64,000 nt of DNA, from the NCBI GenBank assembly GCA_965204725.1, contig OZ242005.1:5056001-5120000 (forward strand). The letters are read 5' to 3'. The stretch's first letter is position 1, and each line of letters opens with the position of its first letter. Of this stretch, positions 50,110-60,313 are shown piece by piece. The notes beneath the pieces were generated by a model, which saw only the letters and a program-made list of their open reading frames with translations, did not search any database and had not been told where the DNA came from. This DNA comes from Candidatus Latescibacterota bacterium (GTDB lineage Bacteria > Latescibacterota > UBA2968 > UBA8231). A program made the position numbers and the translations under genes.

Positions 50110-51684
50110 ATGAACAGTATTGAAACTGATAAGGTATGCAAATTGATTTGCGAAATAAAAGACAAGGCCAAGGAAAAAGGTTATGACCTTTACCGCGGGG
50201 AGCCTAATAGTGAATACCCCAGCGTGTCCCCAAGTCTCTGTCGTAAACTATTGTCATTTGGGCACGAGAAATTTGGCCCCGACAACGAAGAATTTAATCT
50301 TGGGCTTGACTGGTTCTATCCTAGTCAATTTCAAGAAACAATCACAGAAAGAGCGATGACTCATTTGGAGCGTGATGACGAAAGGAGGATTATTATAGAT
50401 ATTCAGCATCAAGGTGGGATATCTTTCTTGATTGATTTCACCAACGATCTTTATATAGCACTGTTCTTTGCCTGTAATAAACTTGCTAGCAAAAATGGAA
50501 GGGTTATCTTGGCAAAGAAATTAAACTATTCACAAGATCAACTTTTTGTTCCTCCAGATTCACATGGTCGAGGAAAAAGTCAGAGCAGTGTTTTGATTTG
50601 TCCTGAAAAAGGTGCCATGGATGAGAGTGAATATGAAGAAATTGAAATTCCCCAAGAATATAAACTCCCAATCCTTATGTACTTAAGGGATCGCGGAATA
50701 TCAGTGAAAAAAGTGTATCCAGATATTCAGGGGTTTATCGATGCGGAGAAGTCTTATTGGGATGCCTTTGCTAAGAAACTGGCGGGAGGACAGGCTTGGG
50801 CTATGGGATACACCTATCAAGCCATTAAGTTTTACAAGGAGGCAACAGACATTAAGACCGACTACAAGGAGGCATATCACGCACTCAATTCCATATATTT
50901 AACTCGCGCCCACAGGTCTCGATTTCCGCGTAAAGAAATAGCAAAGGCCGAGGAGAATCTTGTTGCTGTTCAATCGTTTAATCCATATTGCACTTTCATG
51001 GGTAGTTTTAATCCCGATCCCGCTTGTGACTCAGGGTTGACTATCCGGGAAGCAGAATTAAACAGTGGCGATTCTTTTGATTATCTCTGGCTGGACGGGG
51101 AAATAAGGGATGTGATGTTTAAGTATGGAGAGCTTGACGTGGAGTCTGAGCAAGAATGGGGAAGGATGAGAGCCGATGATCACAATAAGGTAATAAAGTG
51201 GCTTTCTGCTCGTGACTTGATAGGGAAACTCATCCCCAACAAGACGATAAATCTCAGGTCTGGTCATGTTGTTGTTTGCTATGACTCGGGTATGCTTTAC
51301 CTGTGTCTTGGGCTTCCTAGAGGTAAAAGCCAATTTGTCCCAGCGATAAAATTTCTAAATACGGCAATATGTCGTATTCCAGATTTTATCTTTGCCTACG
51401 CTTTACGCGCCAAGATTTACAAGGCAATGAACAAAAACAGCGATGCCAACCGGGACATTGTTGTGGCGAACAAGATCAATAGAAGGAAAAGGTATCCAAT
51501 TCCTGTTGATTACCTTCGGTCATTCATAAGCGATCCTCTCCCTGAGTACCCAAAATGGATATACGATACTCCACGGGAAGGCTCGTATAGTCAAACCCTT
51601 TATGCACCCAGGGACACGGAGAATCTCCCCTTTTGGCTTTACGCAGAATCATCCGAGCCTATAAAGGGAGACTTAGACACATAA
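50110..51684 (+). CDS. FRG-domain protein with TPR-like C-terminal region
   Basis: LYRGE, IQHQGG.S.LIDFT....ALFFAC, R..SQSSV; TPR-like AIKFYKEA, AYALRAKIY; AT-rich. Confidence 0.8.
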   Translation: MNSIETDKVCKLICEIKDKAKEKGYDLYRGEPNSEYPSVSPSLCRKLLSFGHEKFGPDNEEFNLGLDWFYPSQFQETITERAMTHLERDDERRIIIDIQHQGGISFLIDFTNDLYIALFFACNKLASKNGRVILAKKLNYSQDQLFVPPDSHGRGKSQSSVLICPEKGAMDESEYEEIEIPQEYKLPILMYLRDRGISVKKVYPDIQGFIDAEKSYWDAFAKKLAGGQAWAMGYTYQAIKFYKEATDIKTDYKEAYHALNSIYLTRAHRSRFPRKEIAKAEENLVAVQSFNPYCTFMGSFNPDPACDSGLTIREAELNSGDSFDYLWLDGEIRDVMFKYGELDVESEQEWGRMRADDHNKVIKWLSARDLIGKLIPNKTINLRSGHVVVCYDSGMLYLCLGLPRGKSQFVPAIKFLNTAICRIPDFIFAYALRAKIYKAMNKNSDANRDIVVANKINRRKRYPIPVDYLRSFISDPLPEYPKWIYDTPREGSYSQTLYAPRDTENLPFWLYAESSEPIKGDLDT

Positions 51685-51747
51685 TCATCCACCGAAAAGT
51701 CATGTGAGCTAGTTTCTTTTTAACAATGTACGATCGGAGAATCCCTC

Positions 51748-52077
51748 ATGCCCAAACGAAAAGCAGGCAAAACCATCGAGAGCACGTTTAACGAGGCGTT
51801 AGGCTTGGCTCTTGCCTCGACGACGGCCCGCTGGCGATCCGACTCTAGCATTATTCAAAAGGACAACCGCGGCAAGCACCCGGATATTTTAATCGCGGAT
51901 CCCTTGTCGCCGCTGGTGATCATCGAGACGTCCTTTATCAAAGCGGACACGGACAGAGACGCCGCCGAGCGGCTTGGCGCACGGGATAATCAATTACTCA
52001 ACCACTATCAGAAAGGCTATTCAAATGATAGAACGGCTGATAGAACGACTAAAAGAATTCGATGCGCTGCGCGATGA
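51748..52077 (+). pseudogene. Truncated N-terminal PD-(D/E)XK-like domain of a larger restriction-modification protein
   Basis: ESTFNEALG...HPDILI...VIIETSF...DAAERLG, then the sequence degenerates into the helicase leader. Confidence 0.5.
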
Positions 52078-54271
52078 CGATAAAATAAAAACAGGTACTG
52101 TTGATTGCATCGAACCACAATATGCAGACGAGTGGCCTGATCAGCTACACCCGTCCGTTCGCGATGCACTAACCACTATTCGGCCATATCGTCATCAGGC
52201 CGACGCCATCATCAGGTCGCTGAGTGGCGTAGACGTAGTTATGGAATCGCCTACCGCTAGTGGAAAGACACTGGCGTTCGCCGCACCAATGCTCGACGCC
52301 TTGATGCGAAACAGGGGGTCTCATGCGTTGATGGTCTACCCCATGAAGGCGTTAGCTTTTGATCAAAGGGAGCAAATTCGGAAAGTCTGCGAACCTCTTG
52401 GGATCGACTCGTGGCCCTACGATGGTGACACCGAAGAGCAACACAAAACCTTGCTAAGAAGAGACCCGCCGCAAATTTTGTTGACCAACCCCGAATACCT
52501 GAATATGTCATTTCTGGGGTATCGAGAACAATGGGAAAGATTCCTGCAAAACCTACAGTATATAGTCATTGACGAAATGCACGAATACCGGGGCTTTTTC
52601 GGCGGCAACATGGCACTTTTGCTGAGGCGATTCTTTCTGCACCTAGAGCGGATTGGCGCATCTCCCCATGTGTTCCTCTCAACGGCAACCTGTGCCAACC
52701 CTTCTGAGCACGCCAAGAGGCTCACAGGCCGGGACGTGGAAGTCGTATCAGCGAGAGGAGTATTGCGTCCGAAAAGACATTTCATATTTGTCAATCCTGA
52801 TAATATTCCCGACTTCAGGTATAGAGAGATTCTCCAATTGCGTGTTGAGCAAACCGCGCTGACCGTTCTTGCCGAGAGACTACAGGCACTGGTATTTTGC
52901 CCGACAAAGCGATTCCTTGAAGACGCCTTTCGTAACTGCCAGCGCAAGGCCGAAGAACTCGGGCTAGACCGCGAGAGAATATCTGCGTTCCACGCCGACT
53001 TAAAGAACGAAGATCGGCAGGATATACAGCAGAAAATCAAATTGGGCCACATCAGTGTGGTGTTTACGACCAACGCCTTGGAACTTGGATTGGACATTGG
53101 CGGATTGGATGGAATTATACTGGCCGGATTTCCGTCCAATATTATGTCCGCTTGGCAGCAAATCGGGCGGGCTGGACGAGGTTGGAACAAGGAGGCATTT
53201 GTGTTGTTTTATGCCATGAACGATCCGATTGACCGCTTTTTCGTAGGTAACTTGGACGCTTTTCTGAATAAGCCCTTTGACGAACTGGTGGTCGACCCGG
53301 AGAACGAACAACTGATTGAAAACCACCTTGCCACACTCATAGCAGAAACCGACGGAGAATTGCATCCCTCGGACGAATCCATCCTCGGCAGCGCATTCTA
53401 CAACAAAGCGAAAGAGAACGGCGGAAGGCCTCCCCGAGGTAGTTATAATCCACACCCTCGTCTGAATATGCGCGGCGGAATCGGTCCGTCTTTTAAGTTG
53501 AAACGCGGTAATGAGGAAGTGGGGCAGATCTCGGCAATGCGGCGGTTCCGCGAAGCCTACATCGGTGCCATATTTACCTTTTTTGGACAGAAGTACCTCG
53601 TGCATTCCCACGAACAGGAAGCCGTTGTCTTGGCCGAGGCTGAGCCTAATCTGAGAACTGATGCCGGTTTTTTTACAGTACTGTCTCCAAAGGACATTTT
53701 CAAAGGATATGCTTATGGAGACATTGAGGTCTATTATGGCTCGCTGAATCTCGTGGTAAACTTCACTGGCTACAAGTTGGTGGACGAGCACACGGGAGAA
53801 GAGAGAGATTCTGTCCGCTCTAGCGAGGCACATTACGAAAATAACCTGCACTCCTTCTGGATAGACTTTCCGGCAGATGGATGTTCCACTGCTGGAATTG
53901 GCGCACTAGAACACATGATCCGGGTTGGTGCCATGTTTGTGATTCCGGCTGACCGGTTTGACACCAGTACTTACTCAAAGACTAACGACAATCCCACAGC
54001 TTATTATTACGAAAATTATTCCGGCGGTATTGGCGTTGCCAAAAAACTGTTCGAGGTATGGCAACAGGCCCTGGGAAAAGGGATTGAGATTGCCCGCAAT
54101 TGCGAATGCGGGTTGGGATGCCAGAATTGTATTGAGCCGGCCAAGTCCTACAATATCAGCAATGAGGATATTGACAAAGTGCGCGGCATTGAACTGGCAA
54201 ACAATCTTCTTGCAGCAGTGGACCGCGGCCCCAGCTACCAATTCCGCAATGGACGAATGGTTCCATTGTAA
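52025..54271 (+). CDS. DEAD/DEAH helicase with DUF1998 (MrfA/YprA/Hrq1-like)
   Basis: PYRHQ, PTASGKT, YPMKALAFDQ, DEMH, STAT, TNALELGLDIG, QQIGRAGR, GGIG, CECGLGCQNC. Confidence 0.92.
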   Translation: MIERLIERLKEFDALRDDDKIKTGTVDCIEPQYADEWPDQLHPSVRDALTTIRPYRHQADAIIRSLSGVDVVMESPTASGKTLAFAAPMLDALMRNRGSHALMVYPMKALAFDQREQIRKVCEPLGIDSWPYDGDTEEQHKTLLRRDPPQILLTNPEYLNMSFLGYREQWERFLQNLQYIVIDEMHEYRGFFGGNMALLLRRFFLHLERIGASPHVFLSTATCANPSEHAKRLTGRDVEVVSARGVLRPKRHFIFVNPDNIPDFRYREILQLRVEQTALTVLAERLQALVFCPTKRFLEDAFRNCQRKAEELGLDRERISAFHADLKNEDRQDIQQKIKLGHISVVFTTNALELGLDIGGLDGIILAGFPSNIMSAWQQIGRAGRGWNKEAFVLFYAMNDPIDRFFVGNLDAFLNKPFDELVVDPENEQLIENHLATLIAETDGELHPSDESILGSAFYNKAKENGGRPPRGSYNPHPRLNMRGGIGPSFKLKRGNEEVGQISAMRRFREAYIGAIFTFFGQKYLVHSHEQEAVVLAEAEPNLRTDAGFFTVLSPKDIFKGYAYGDIEVYYGSLNLVVNFTGYKLVDEHTGEERDSVRSSEAHYENNLHSFWIDFPADGCSTAGIGALEHMIRVGAMFVIPADRFDTSTYSKTNDNPTAYYYENYSGGIGVAKKLFEVWQQALGKGIEIARNCECGLGCQNCIEPAKSYNISNEDIDKVRGIELANNLLAAVDRGPSYQFRNGRMVPL

Positions 54272-54343
54272 CAGTATCGGTGTGTCCCGCCCAATCCAGT
54301 ACATCCAAACCATCATTCCTCCACTCACTATCAGGACTAAAGA

Positions 54344-54851
54344 ATGATTGCCGCCTTCGCCCTGTGCGTCTTCCTTGCTGCCAGCAGTGCCCACACGGAA
54401 TACGCCGAGCGCGGGAAATTCGTGCTCGCCCCTTCCGGTGCGCTCGACATCGGCCTCTACGGATACGCCAATCCCGCGTTGCTCAGCTATGTCGAAGGCT
54501 TAGAGCAGGGCGTTGCTTGGTCGGACAGCAGCTCGGTCCATCGCGCCGGACTCGGTCGAAGTTATTGCCCAAGGCCGAGTCTGGAGCGGCCAACGCGCCG
54601 TGCAGTTCGGCCTCGCCGACCGAATCGGGGCCTCGAAGCGGCCATCGCGCTAGCCAAAGAAAAAATCGGGCTGTCGGCGGACGCGATCGTCGAACTGATG
54701 GAGCGCCCTCGGCCCAAGCTGTTTTCGCCCGCGTTTTTTCGCCCGCGCCTGTTGGGCCTCGCCGCACAGCCCACCCCCGAACTCGACTACCTGCAATTTC
54801 GTCTCCAGCACAATGGGTTGCCTTTGTTGCTGGTTCCCGCCCACCATGTAG
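54344..54851 (+). pseudogene. sppA: SppA (signal peptide peptidase) remnant: N-terminus joined to C-terminus, frameshifted
   Basis: An alternate frame at ~54544-54630 reads APDSVEVIAQGRVWSGQRAVQFGLADRIG, then shifts to GLEAAIALAKEKIGL. The catalytic core is absent. Confidence 0.75.
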
Positions 54852-54865
54852 CACGGAGAAAAACC

Positions 54866-55978
54866 ATGAGTAAGGAAGCCCGCGCCCTGTACGCGGATAT
54901 GGGGGCGACGCCCGTGATCAACGCCCTCGGTCCGCGCACCCTCTTAGGGGGATCGTCCCCCCACCCGGACCTTATCGCCGCTATGGAACTGGCTGGCCGG
55001 TACTACGTTGACATGGATGCCTTCTTGGCGAGTACGGGGCGGATCGTCGCCGACCTGCTCGGGGCCGAGGCCGCGCTGATTACCCCGGGCTGCGCGGCCG
55101 CGTTGGTCCTCGGCACGGCCGCTTGCCTAACCGGCGCAGACCCCAAGAAAATGGCCCGCCTGCCCGATGCGACCGGGATGCCCAACCAAGTGGTCATCCA
55201 AAAGGCCCAGCGCTACAAATACGACCGCATGGTGCGCCTGCCCGGCGGCATTCTCGTGGAGGCGGGCACCGAGCAAGGCACCACAGCCGACGAGCTCGCC
55301 GCGGCTTTCGGCCCCCAAACGGCCGCCCTCCTCTACCCGGCCATCGACAACCCCGCCGCCATCGTCCCGCTGGCCACGGCCATTGACATCGCCCATGCCC
55401 ACGACGTGCCGGTCTTCGTGGATGCGGCTTTCCGCGTCTATCCCCTAGATGGCTTAACCCAATACATCGCGGCCGGGGCCGATTTAGTCGGCTACGGGGC
55501 CAAGTACGTGGGTGCGCCCAATTCTTCGGGCATCCTCTGCGGCCGCGCCGACTTAATCGAAGCCGCCCACTTGCACAGCTTCGCCTGCTTTGAAACCCGC
55601 GACCTAGAAGGGGTTGGCCGCCCGCTCAAAATCGACCGCCAAGAGGTCGTCGGCGTGGTCGTGGCCCTGCGTCGCTGGCTGGCCATGGACCACGACGCCC
55701 GCAATCGAGGCGACGCCCGCCGCGCCGAGACCGTGCGTCAGTGCCTAGGCCAACTCCCCCACGTGCAAAGCTCGGTCCATGGCGCGTCCCTGACCCTGAC
55801 CTTGGACGAACAAGCCCTCGGCCGCACCGCTGCCGACCTAGAAGAAGCCCTGCGCAACGGCAATCCCGCAGTCTGGCTCTCAGCCGCCCCGGGCCAGCTT
55901 CACTTGTCCATGCCCACAGTAGCCGACGGCGACGAGGAGCTTTTGGCTGCACAACTGAAGAAGGCGTTAAGTAGTTAG
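54866..55978 (+). CDS. SelA-like / DgaE-like PLP-dependent enzyme
   Basis: Own GGAG RBS; VINALGPRTLLGGS, ITPGCAAAL, VFVDAA, GAKYVGAP, GRPLKIDRQE. Confidence 0.85.
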   Translation: MSKEARALYADMGATPVINALGPRTLLGGSSPHPDLIAAMELAGRYYVDMDAFLASTGRIVADLLGAEAALITPGCAAALVLGTAACLTGADPKKMARLPDATGMPNQVVIQKAQRYKYDRMVRLPGGILVEAGTEQGTTADELAAAFGPQTAALLYPAIDNPAAIVPLATAIDIAHAHDVPVFVDAAFRVYPLDGLTQYIAAGADLVGYGAKYVGAPNSSGILCGRADLIEAAHLHSFACFETRDLEGVGRPLKIDRQEVVGVVVALRRWLAMDHDARNRGDARRAETVRQCLGQLPHVQSSVHGASLTLTLDEQALGRTAADLEEALRNGNPAVWLSAAPGQLHLSMPTVADGDEELLAAQLKKALSS

Positions 55979-55987
55979 TGGGCTGGG

Positions 55988-57757
55988 ATGAGCACGGCAC
56001 AACAACAAGCCGAGGGGCTCGCGGCCGGGCTGTATGCCCATCAGGTCGAGGGCGTCGCCTTTTTGTTGGGTCGTCAGCGGGCGATCCTCGCCGACGACAT
56101 GGGGCTGGGCAAGACTCGGCAGTCCGTGCTGGCCATGCGCCAAGCCCGACCCGAGGGGCCGTATCTAGTCGTCTGCCCGGCCGCGGTCAAGACCAACTGG
56201 GCGCGCGAGATCGAACTGGTGCTGCCAGCGACCGAGGTCGCCATCGTCGGCCCCGCACCCGCGCCGACGCCCGGTTATAGCGGCTGGGTCGTCATCAACT
56301 ACGACATCCTCGCCAAACACCCGCTGGCAGCCCACGCTTGGAGCGGCTTAGTCTTCGACGAGGCCCACTATCTCAAGAACTACCGCAGCCAGCGACATCG
56401 CCTGTCGCTGGACTTGGTTAAGGCCGTTGGCGACGAGGCGGTGGTCCACCTTTTGACCGGCACACCGCTGACGAGTCGACCGCGCGATCTCTTTCCCTTG
56501 TTGCAGTTGGTGCGCCATGCGCTCGGGCGTTCATTCGTCTCGTTTGCCAAACGCTACTGCGACGGGTACAAAGGCGACTACGGCTGGGTCGCCGATGGGG
56601 CCTCCAATATCGAGGAGTTGACCGTGCAGTTGCACGGCATCATGCTGCGCCGCACCAAGGCCGAGGTGCTCGACCTACCGCCCAAGATCCGCAGTTGGCT
56701 CGACGTGGCGGTCGCCAGCCGGGTGGCGTGCGAGATGAGCGAGGTGGTGATGGAGCTGTTGCACACCATCTCGCGCCGGGGCCAAGCCGAGCTCGTCGGC
56801 GAGACCGAGGCGGAGCGTCGCTCTCGCCAAGGCTGGGTCATGGGCCAGTTGACCACGGCGCGCAACCGCTTGGCCATCGCCAAGGTCCGCAGTACGATTC
56901 CCTTTGTCGAAAACGCGCTCGAACAGGGCGAGAAGGTGCTGGTCTTCTCGTGTTTTCTGGCGCCGGTCAACACGCTGCGCAAGCACTTTGGTCAGAAGGC
57001 CGTAGCCATCACCGGCGAGGTGCCAGCGAGCGCACGGCAATCACTAGCCGACCGCTTTCAGCAGGACGACTCCGTGCAGGTGCTGGCCGCGCAGATTACC
57101 GCCGGGGGCGTCGGGCTCAACCTCACGGCAGCGCGGCAAGTGATCTTCAACGATCTCGACTGGGTGCCAATTAATCACTGGCAGGCCGAGGACCGGGCCT
57201 ACCGCATTGGGCAACGGCAAGCCGTCAACGTCACCTATATGGTCGGCCGCGGCACAATCGACGAATTCGTCAAGACGGTCCTCGAGACCAAGTCCGCGCT
57301 GATCGACCAACTCGTCGAAGGCAGTGCCTTGCCCGAACACTTCCAGCGCGACGTGATGGACGAGTTGCGGCGAGTGATGGATGTGCTACCCGCCCCATCC
57401 ATCGGCGCGATGGACGAGCGGCAAGTGGTGGAACTGTTGCGCGAGGCCGAGGCGGCTTTTGTTGCCGCACAGCCCGCCGTTGATAAGCCGGCCCAGTCGC
57501 GCTTGCCGTCGGCCGAGGCGGTGCGGGTGTTGGCGCGGGTGTTGGCAGGGCCGGAACGAGCGTTGTACCGGGTGGATAGCTCGTCGAAGCCGGGGGCGTT
57601 CTACGAGTTGGAGGTGGAGGGAAACGATATAAGTTGCAGTTGTAAGGGGTTTGCTTATCGGGGGATTTGCCAACATGCGCGGGCCTTGAAGGAGGCGTTG
57701 GTCAAGGGGGCGCGCTTGCCGGAGAAATTTGTCGCCGTGCGTCAAGCCCCCGCTTAG
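55988..57757 (+). CDS. SNF2-family (HARP/SMARCAL1-like) helicase with C-terminal SWIM zinc finger
   Basis: LADDMGLGKT, DEAH, LTGTP, GVGLNLT, QAEDRAYRIGQ; CSCKGF....CQH. Confidence 0.9.
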   Translation: MSTAQQQAEGLAAGLYAHQVEGVAFLLGRQRAILADDMGLGKTRQSVLAMRQARPEGPYLVVCPAAVKTNWAREIELVLPATEVAIVGPAPAPTPGYSGWVVINYDILAKHPLAAHAWSGLVFDEAHYLKNYRSQRHRLSLDLVKAVGDEAVVHLLTGTPLTSRPRDLFPLLQLVRHALGRSFVSFAKRYCDGYKGDYGWVADGASNIEELTVQLHGIMLRRTKAEVLDLPPKIRSWLDVAVASRVACEMSEVVMELLHTISRRGQAELVGETEAERRSRQGWVMGQLTTARNRLAIAKVRSTIPFVENALEQGEKVLVFSCFLAPVNTLRKHFGQKAVAITGEVPASARQSLADRFQQDDSVQVLAAQITAGGVGLNLTAARQVIFNDLDWVPINHWQAEDRAYRIGQRQAVNVTYMVGRGTIDEFVKTVLETKSALIDQLVEGSALPEHFQRDVMDELRRVMDVLPAPSIGAMDERQVVELLREAEAAFVAAQPAVDKPAQSRLPSAEAVRVLARVLAGPERALYRVDSSSKPGAFYELEVEGNDISCSCKGFAYRGICQHARALKEALVKGARLPEKFVAVRQAPA

Positions 57758-57859
57758 CGGTTTACAAGAGACCCGCGATTGCTCATGGTTAATGTATTCC
57801 TGCCCTATCAACGCCGCTGTCCCGAAAGGCATAGCGCAGAAGAGCTGAGAGGAGACCGC

Positions 57860-58576
57860 ATGACAAGCCGCCGCTGGCGCAAAGCCCAAGCCAGCGAACG
57901 GGACTGGTGGGAGTCCCGCGCCGCCGACATGACCCTAGATTTCTACGCGGCCTTCGCCCAAGCCCTGCGCCGGGAGCTCAACGGTATGCTCACCGTGACG
58001 GCCGACACCCGCATCTTGGAAATCGGCAGTGGTGCGGCCGGTATCCTCACCCATCTCAGCGAGAGCAACTACCGCCACGCCGTTGATCCGCTAGAGGATT
58101 TTTACGCCTCCATCGAACGCTTTCGGGCTTTCCGCGACCCGGCCGTGCAGTACCACGCGGGCGCGGGCGAAAAACTCGACTTCCCGGCCGACCACTTCGA
58201 CTTAGTCATCATGGACAATGTCCTCGACCATTGCGCCGACCCCGAGCAAGTCCTCTTGGAAATGCACCGCGTGCTCAAGCCGGATGGCACGGCCTACTTT
58301 CGCCAGAACACCTACCATTTTTGGGGTCGCTTGGTGCGCGGGCTGATGGAGTGCTTTCAGATAGACCGGGGGCATCCCCATACCTTTTCAAAGCGATACT
58401 TACGGCGTCGCTTCACTCGGCTAGGGCTAACGGTGCGCCGCTTTGAGCGGGGCGGCTATTGGGCCACTTGGCGCGAAGAAATCCGCTCATCCCGCCCGCT
58501 AGACCGGATCAAAGCCCTGCTCTTAGCCACCCGCGATCGCACCCTGTACATCCTACAAAAATCAGCGACTCCCTGA
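57860..58576 (+). CDS. Class I SAM-dependent methyltransferase
   Basis: ILEIGSGAAG, VDPL, FDLV...NVLDH, RVLKPDG. Confidence 0.9.
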   Translation: MTSRRWRKAQASERDWWESRAADMTLDFYAAFAQALRRELNGMLTVTADTRILEIGSGAAGILTHLSESNYRHAVDPLEDFYASIERFRAFRDPAVQYHAGAGEKLDFPADHFDLVIMDNVLDHCADPEQVLLEMHRVLKPDGTAYFRQNTYHFWGRLVRGLMECFQIDRGHPHTFSKRYLRRRFTRLGLTVRRFERGGYWATWREEIRSSRPLDRIKALLLATRDRTLYILQKSATP

Positions 58577-58701
58577 CGTTCCGAGCAGCCCGGGACGGGG
58601 AGACGGCCGAGCCGCTATCCGCCAGACGCTACGCGACATAACGCTTGCCAACGAAACATTGCAGTGGACTCGATAATTCACTCTTAGCAAGGAGCCTACA
58701 G

Positions 58702-59346
58702 ATGGCCTTTGAAATTTTCGACTTTCGCCGGGACGAGCACATCAAAAACCTGCTCGTCACCCCCCACATCCGCTCCCGCTTTCTCCGCATGCAGCCGGGC
58801 GCGGTGGCCGACCTGCACAGCCACGATCTCGGCCACGAGATTTTCCTCATCCTGCAAGGCCGCTGCGTCTTTCACATCGCCGGCAGCGAACAGGAGCTAG
58901 GCGCAGGCCAGCTCTGCGTCGCCCTCGCCGATGAGATTCATCAGGTGCGGGCTATCGGCGACGAGCCCATGGTCATGTACCTATCGGTAACGCCCCACAT
59001 CCAGCCGACCCACACCGGCCGCGACCCCGACGGCACTCGCCACCCGACCCGCTTCCAGCCCTCTGGCGCGTACGACGTGGAGACGGATACCGACACGCCC
59101 ATCGACGAACTCATCGACAAATTTACGGCCGCGGCCGACGACTTGGCCCGTGTGGCCGGCGACCAAGCGGCCGCACAACGAGCAAGGAGCGACCAACTCA
59201 AGGCGGCCCTCGCGGCCGGCGACCAAGCACAGGCCACCGAGCTGCGCGAGGCGATATGGCAAGACGTGTATCAGAGCTTCAAGCGGGCCTACGCCTTGGC
59301 CGATCTCTGGAACGACCTGACGCCCCGCGTCGGAAAGGTGGGATAA
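58702..59346 (+). CDS. Cupin-domain protein
   Basis: HSHDLGHEIFLILQG, EIHQV; helical C-terminus. Confidence 0.85.
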   Translation: MAFEIFDFRRDEHIKNLLVTPHIRSRFLRMQPGAVADLHSHDLGHEIFLILQGRCVFHIAGSEQELGAGQLCVALADEIHQVRAIGDEPMVMYLSVTPHIQPTHTGRDPDGTRHPTRFQPSGAYDVETDTDTPIDELIDKFTAAADDLARVAGDQAAAQRARSDQLKAALAAGDQAQATELREAIWQDVYQSFKRAYALADLWNDLTPRVGKVG

Positions 59347-59425
59347 GTCAGGGACGGGAGAGTAGCGGCGGATGATTAAGAAAGTGGAAGCGGAATGGCG
59401 ATTCAGGTAATTGATAACTTCGAGG

Positions 59426-60313
59426 CTATGAGGCCAAAGGCCCGAATATGTCGTAGCCTTTGTTTCGTTTAGACCACATCCTCGCGTCTGCATATAACTT
59501 CGTCTGGTGAAAATCTTTGCTGTCATACGCGAGACGGAGCGCAATGCCTAGTACCTCAGGACCCGCAGTTTTCGATGACCGGCTTCCTAAAATTTTTCTC
59601 AAGGCAATGCCAAAGATCTCAATGAAGTCGTGCCCGCAGCAGATTTGATAGGGATCATCATTCATCTCATCTACAAGTTCCGACAATCTATTACTAACGT
59701 CTTTCTTATCTAAACACCGATTGCTAGTCAAAGCAAAAATATTACTTAGCATTTTGTCCTGATCTATTTCTAACGAATTGCGGTCAATGAAACGGTCAAA
59801 ATGAAGCCCTTCAAAGCGCAGGTGAAGGTTATCTGTCATAGACAAGTAGCGAAGATGACCTATAATCAAGGTTTTCTGTATCAGATCATCGCGTATTTCA
59901 CCTTCTTGATTTCGAAACTCACGAATTTTCTTTTCTGAACCTAGTTCAAGCAAAACTGCATCAAATGCCTTGGTTTTAATAATCATCATTTCGACGTCAT
60001 GATAGTCAGTGACAATCACATTTTGCGACTCCGGTAACGAACCGTCAATATGTCCAAAGTCTGCATCAACGATTCCCATAAAACCCTGTACACCGTTATA
60101 TGTCTCAAGAATCGCAACGGCGTTAAGGACTTTCTCCTTACCTCCAGCAGGAATAATCGGCATTTCTGAATTTTTAACAAATCGGTAGAAAAATCTTTCG
60201 TCCTTACTTCCTTCGAGGAGGAGGATAGGTCCCTTGTATTTGGCGCGTATAAGAAGAACTTCATTGGCTATTTCGTCGCCTGTCTGATCCATAATGTTAG
60301 AACTATCCTCCAC
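59426..60313 (-). CDS. DUF4435 TOPRIM-like protein (PARIS AriB-like)
   Basis: LLLEGSKD, GGKEKV, GIVDADF, TDYHDVE, CCGHD. Confidence 0.85.
   Translation of the reverse strand: MEDSSNIMDQTGDEIANEVLLIRAKYKGPILLLEGSKDERFFYRFVKNSEMPIIPAGGKEKVLNAVAILETYNGVQGFMGIVDADFGHIDGSLPESQNVIVTDYHDVEMMIIKTKAFDAVLLELGSEKKIREFRNQEGEIRDDLIQKTLIIGHLRYLSMTDNLHLRFEGLHFDRFIDRNSLEIDQDKMLSNIFALTSNRCLDKKDVSNRLSELVDEMNDDPYQICCGHDFIEIFGIALRKILGSRSSKTAGPEVLGIALRLAYDSKDFHQTKLYADARMWSKRNKGYDIFGPLAS

Noticed and set aside
54866-55978. True selA forming a selenocysteine locus with selB
   Set aside because: It is short and lacks the SelA N-terminal domain and the NATG/HTNLGR and SGDKLLGGPQ motifs. No selC or selD was seen, and I found no convincing in-frame UGA selenoprotein.
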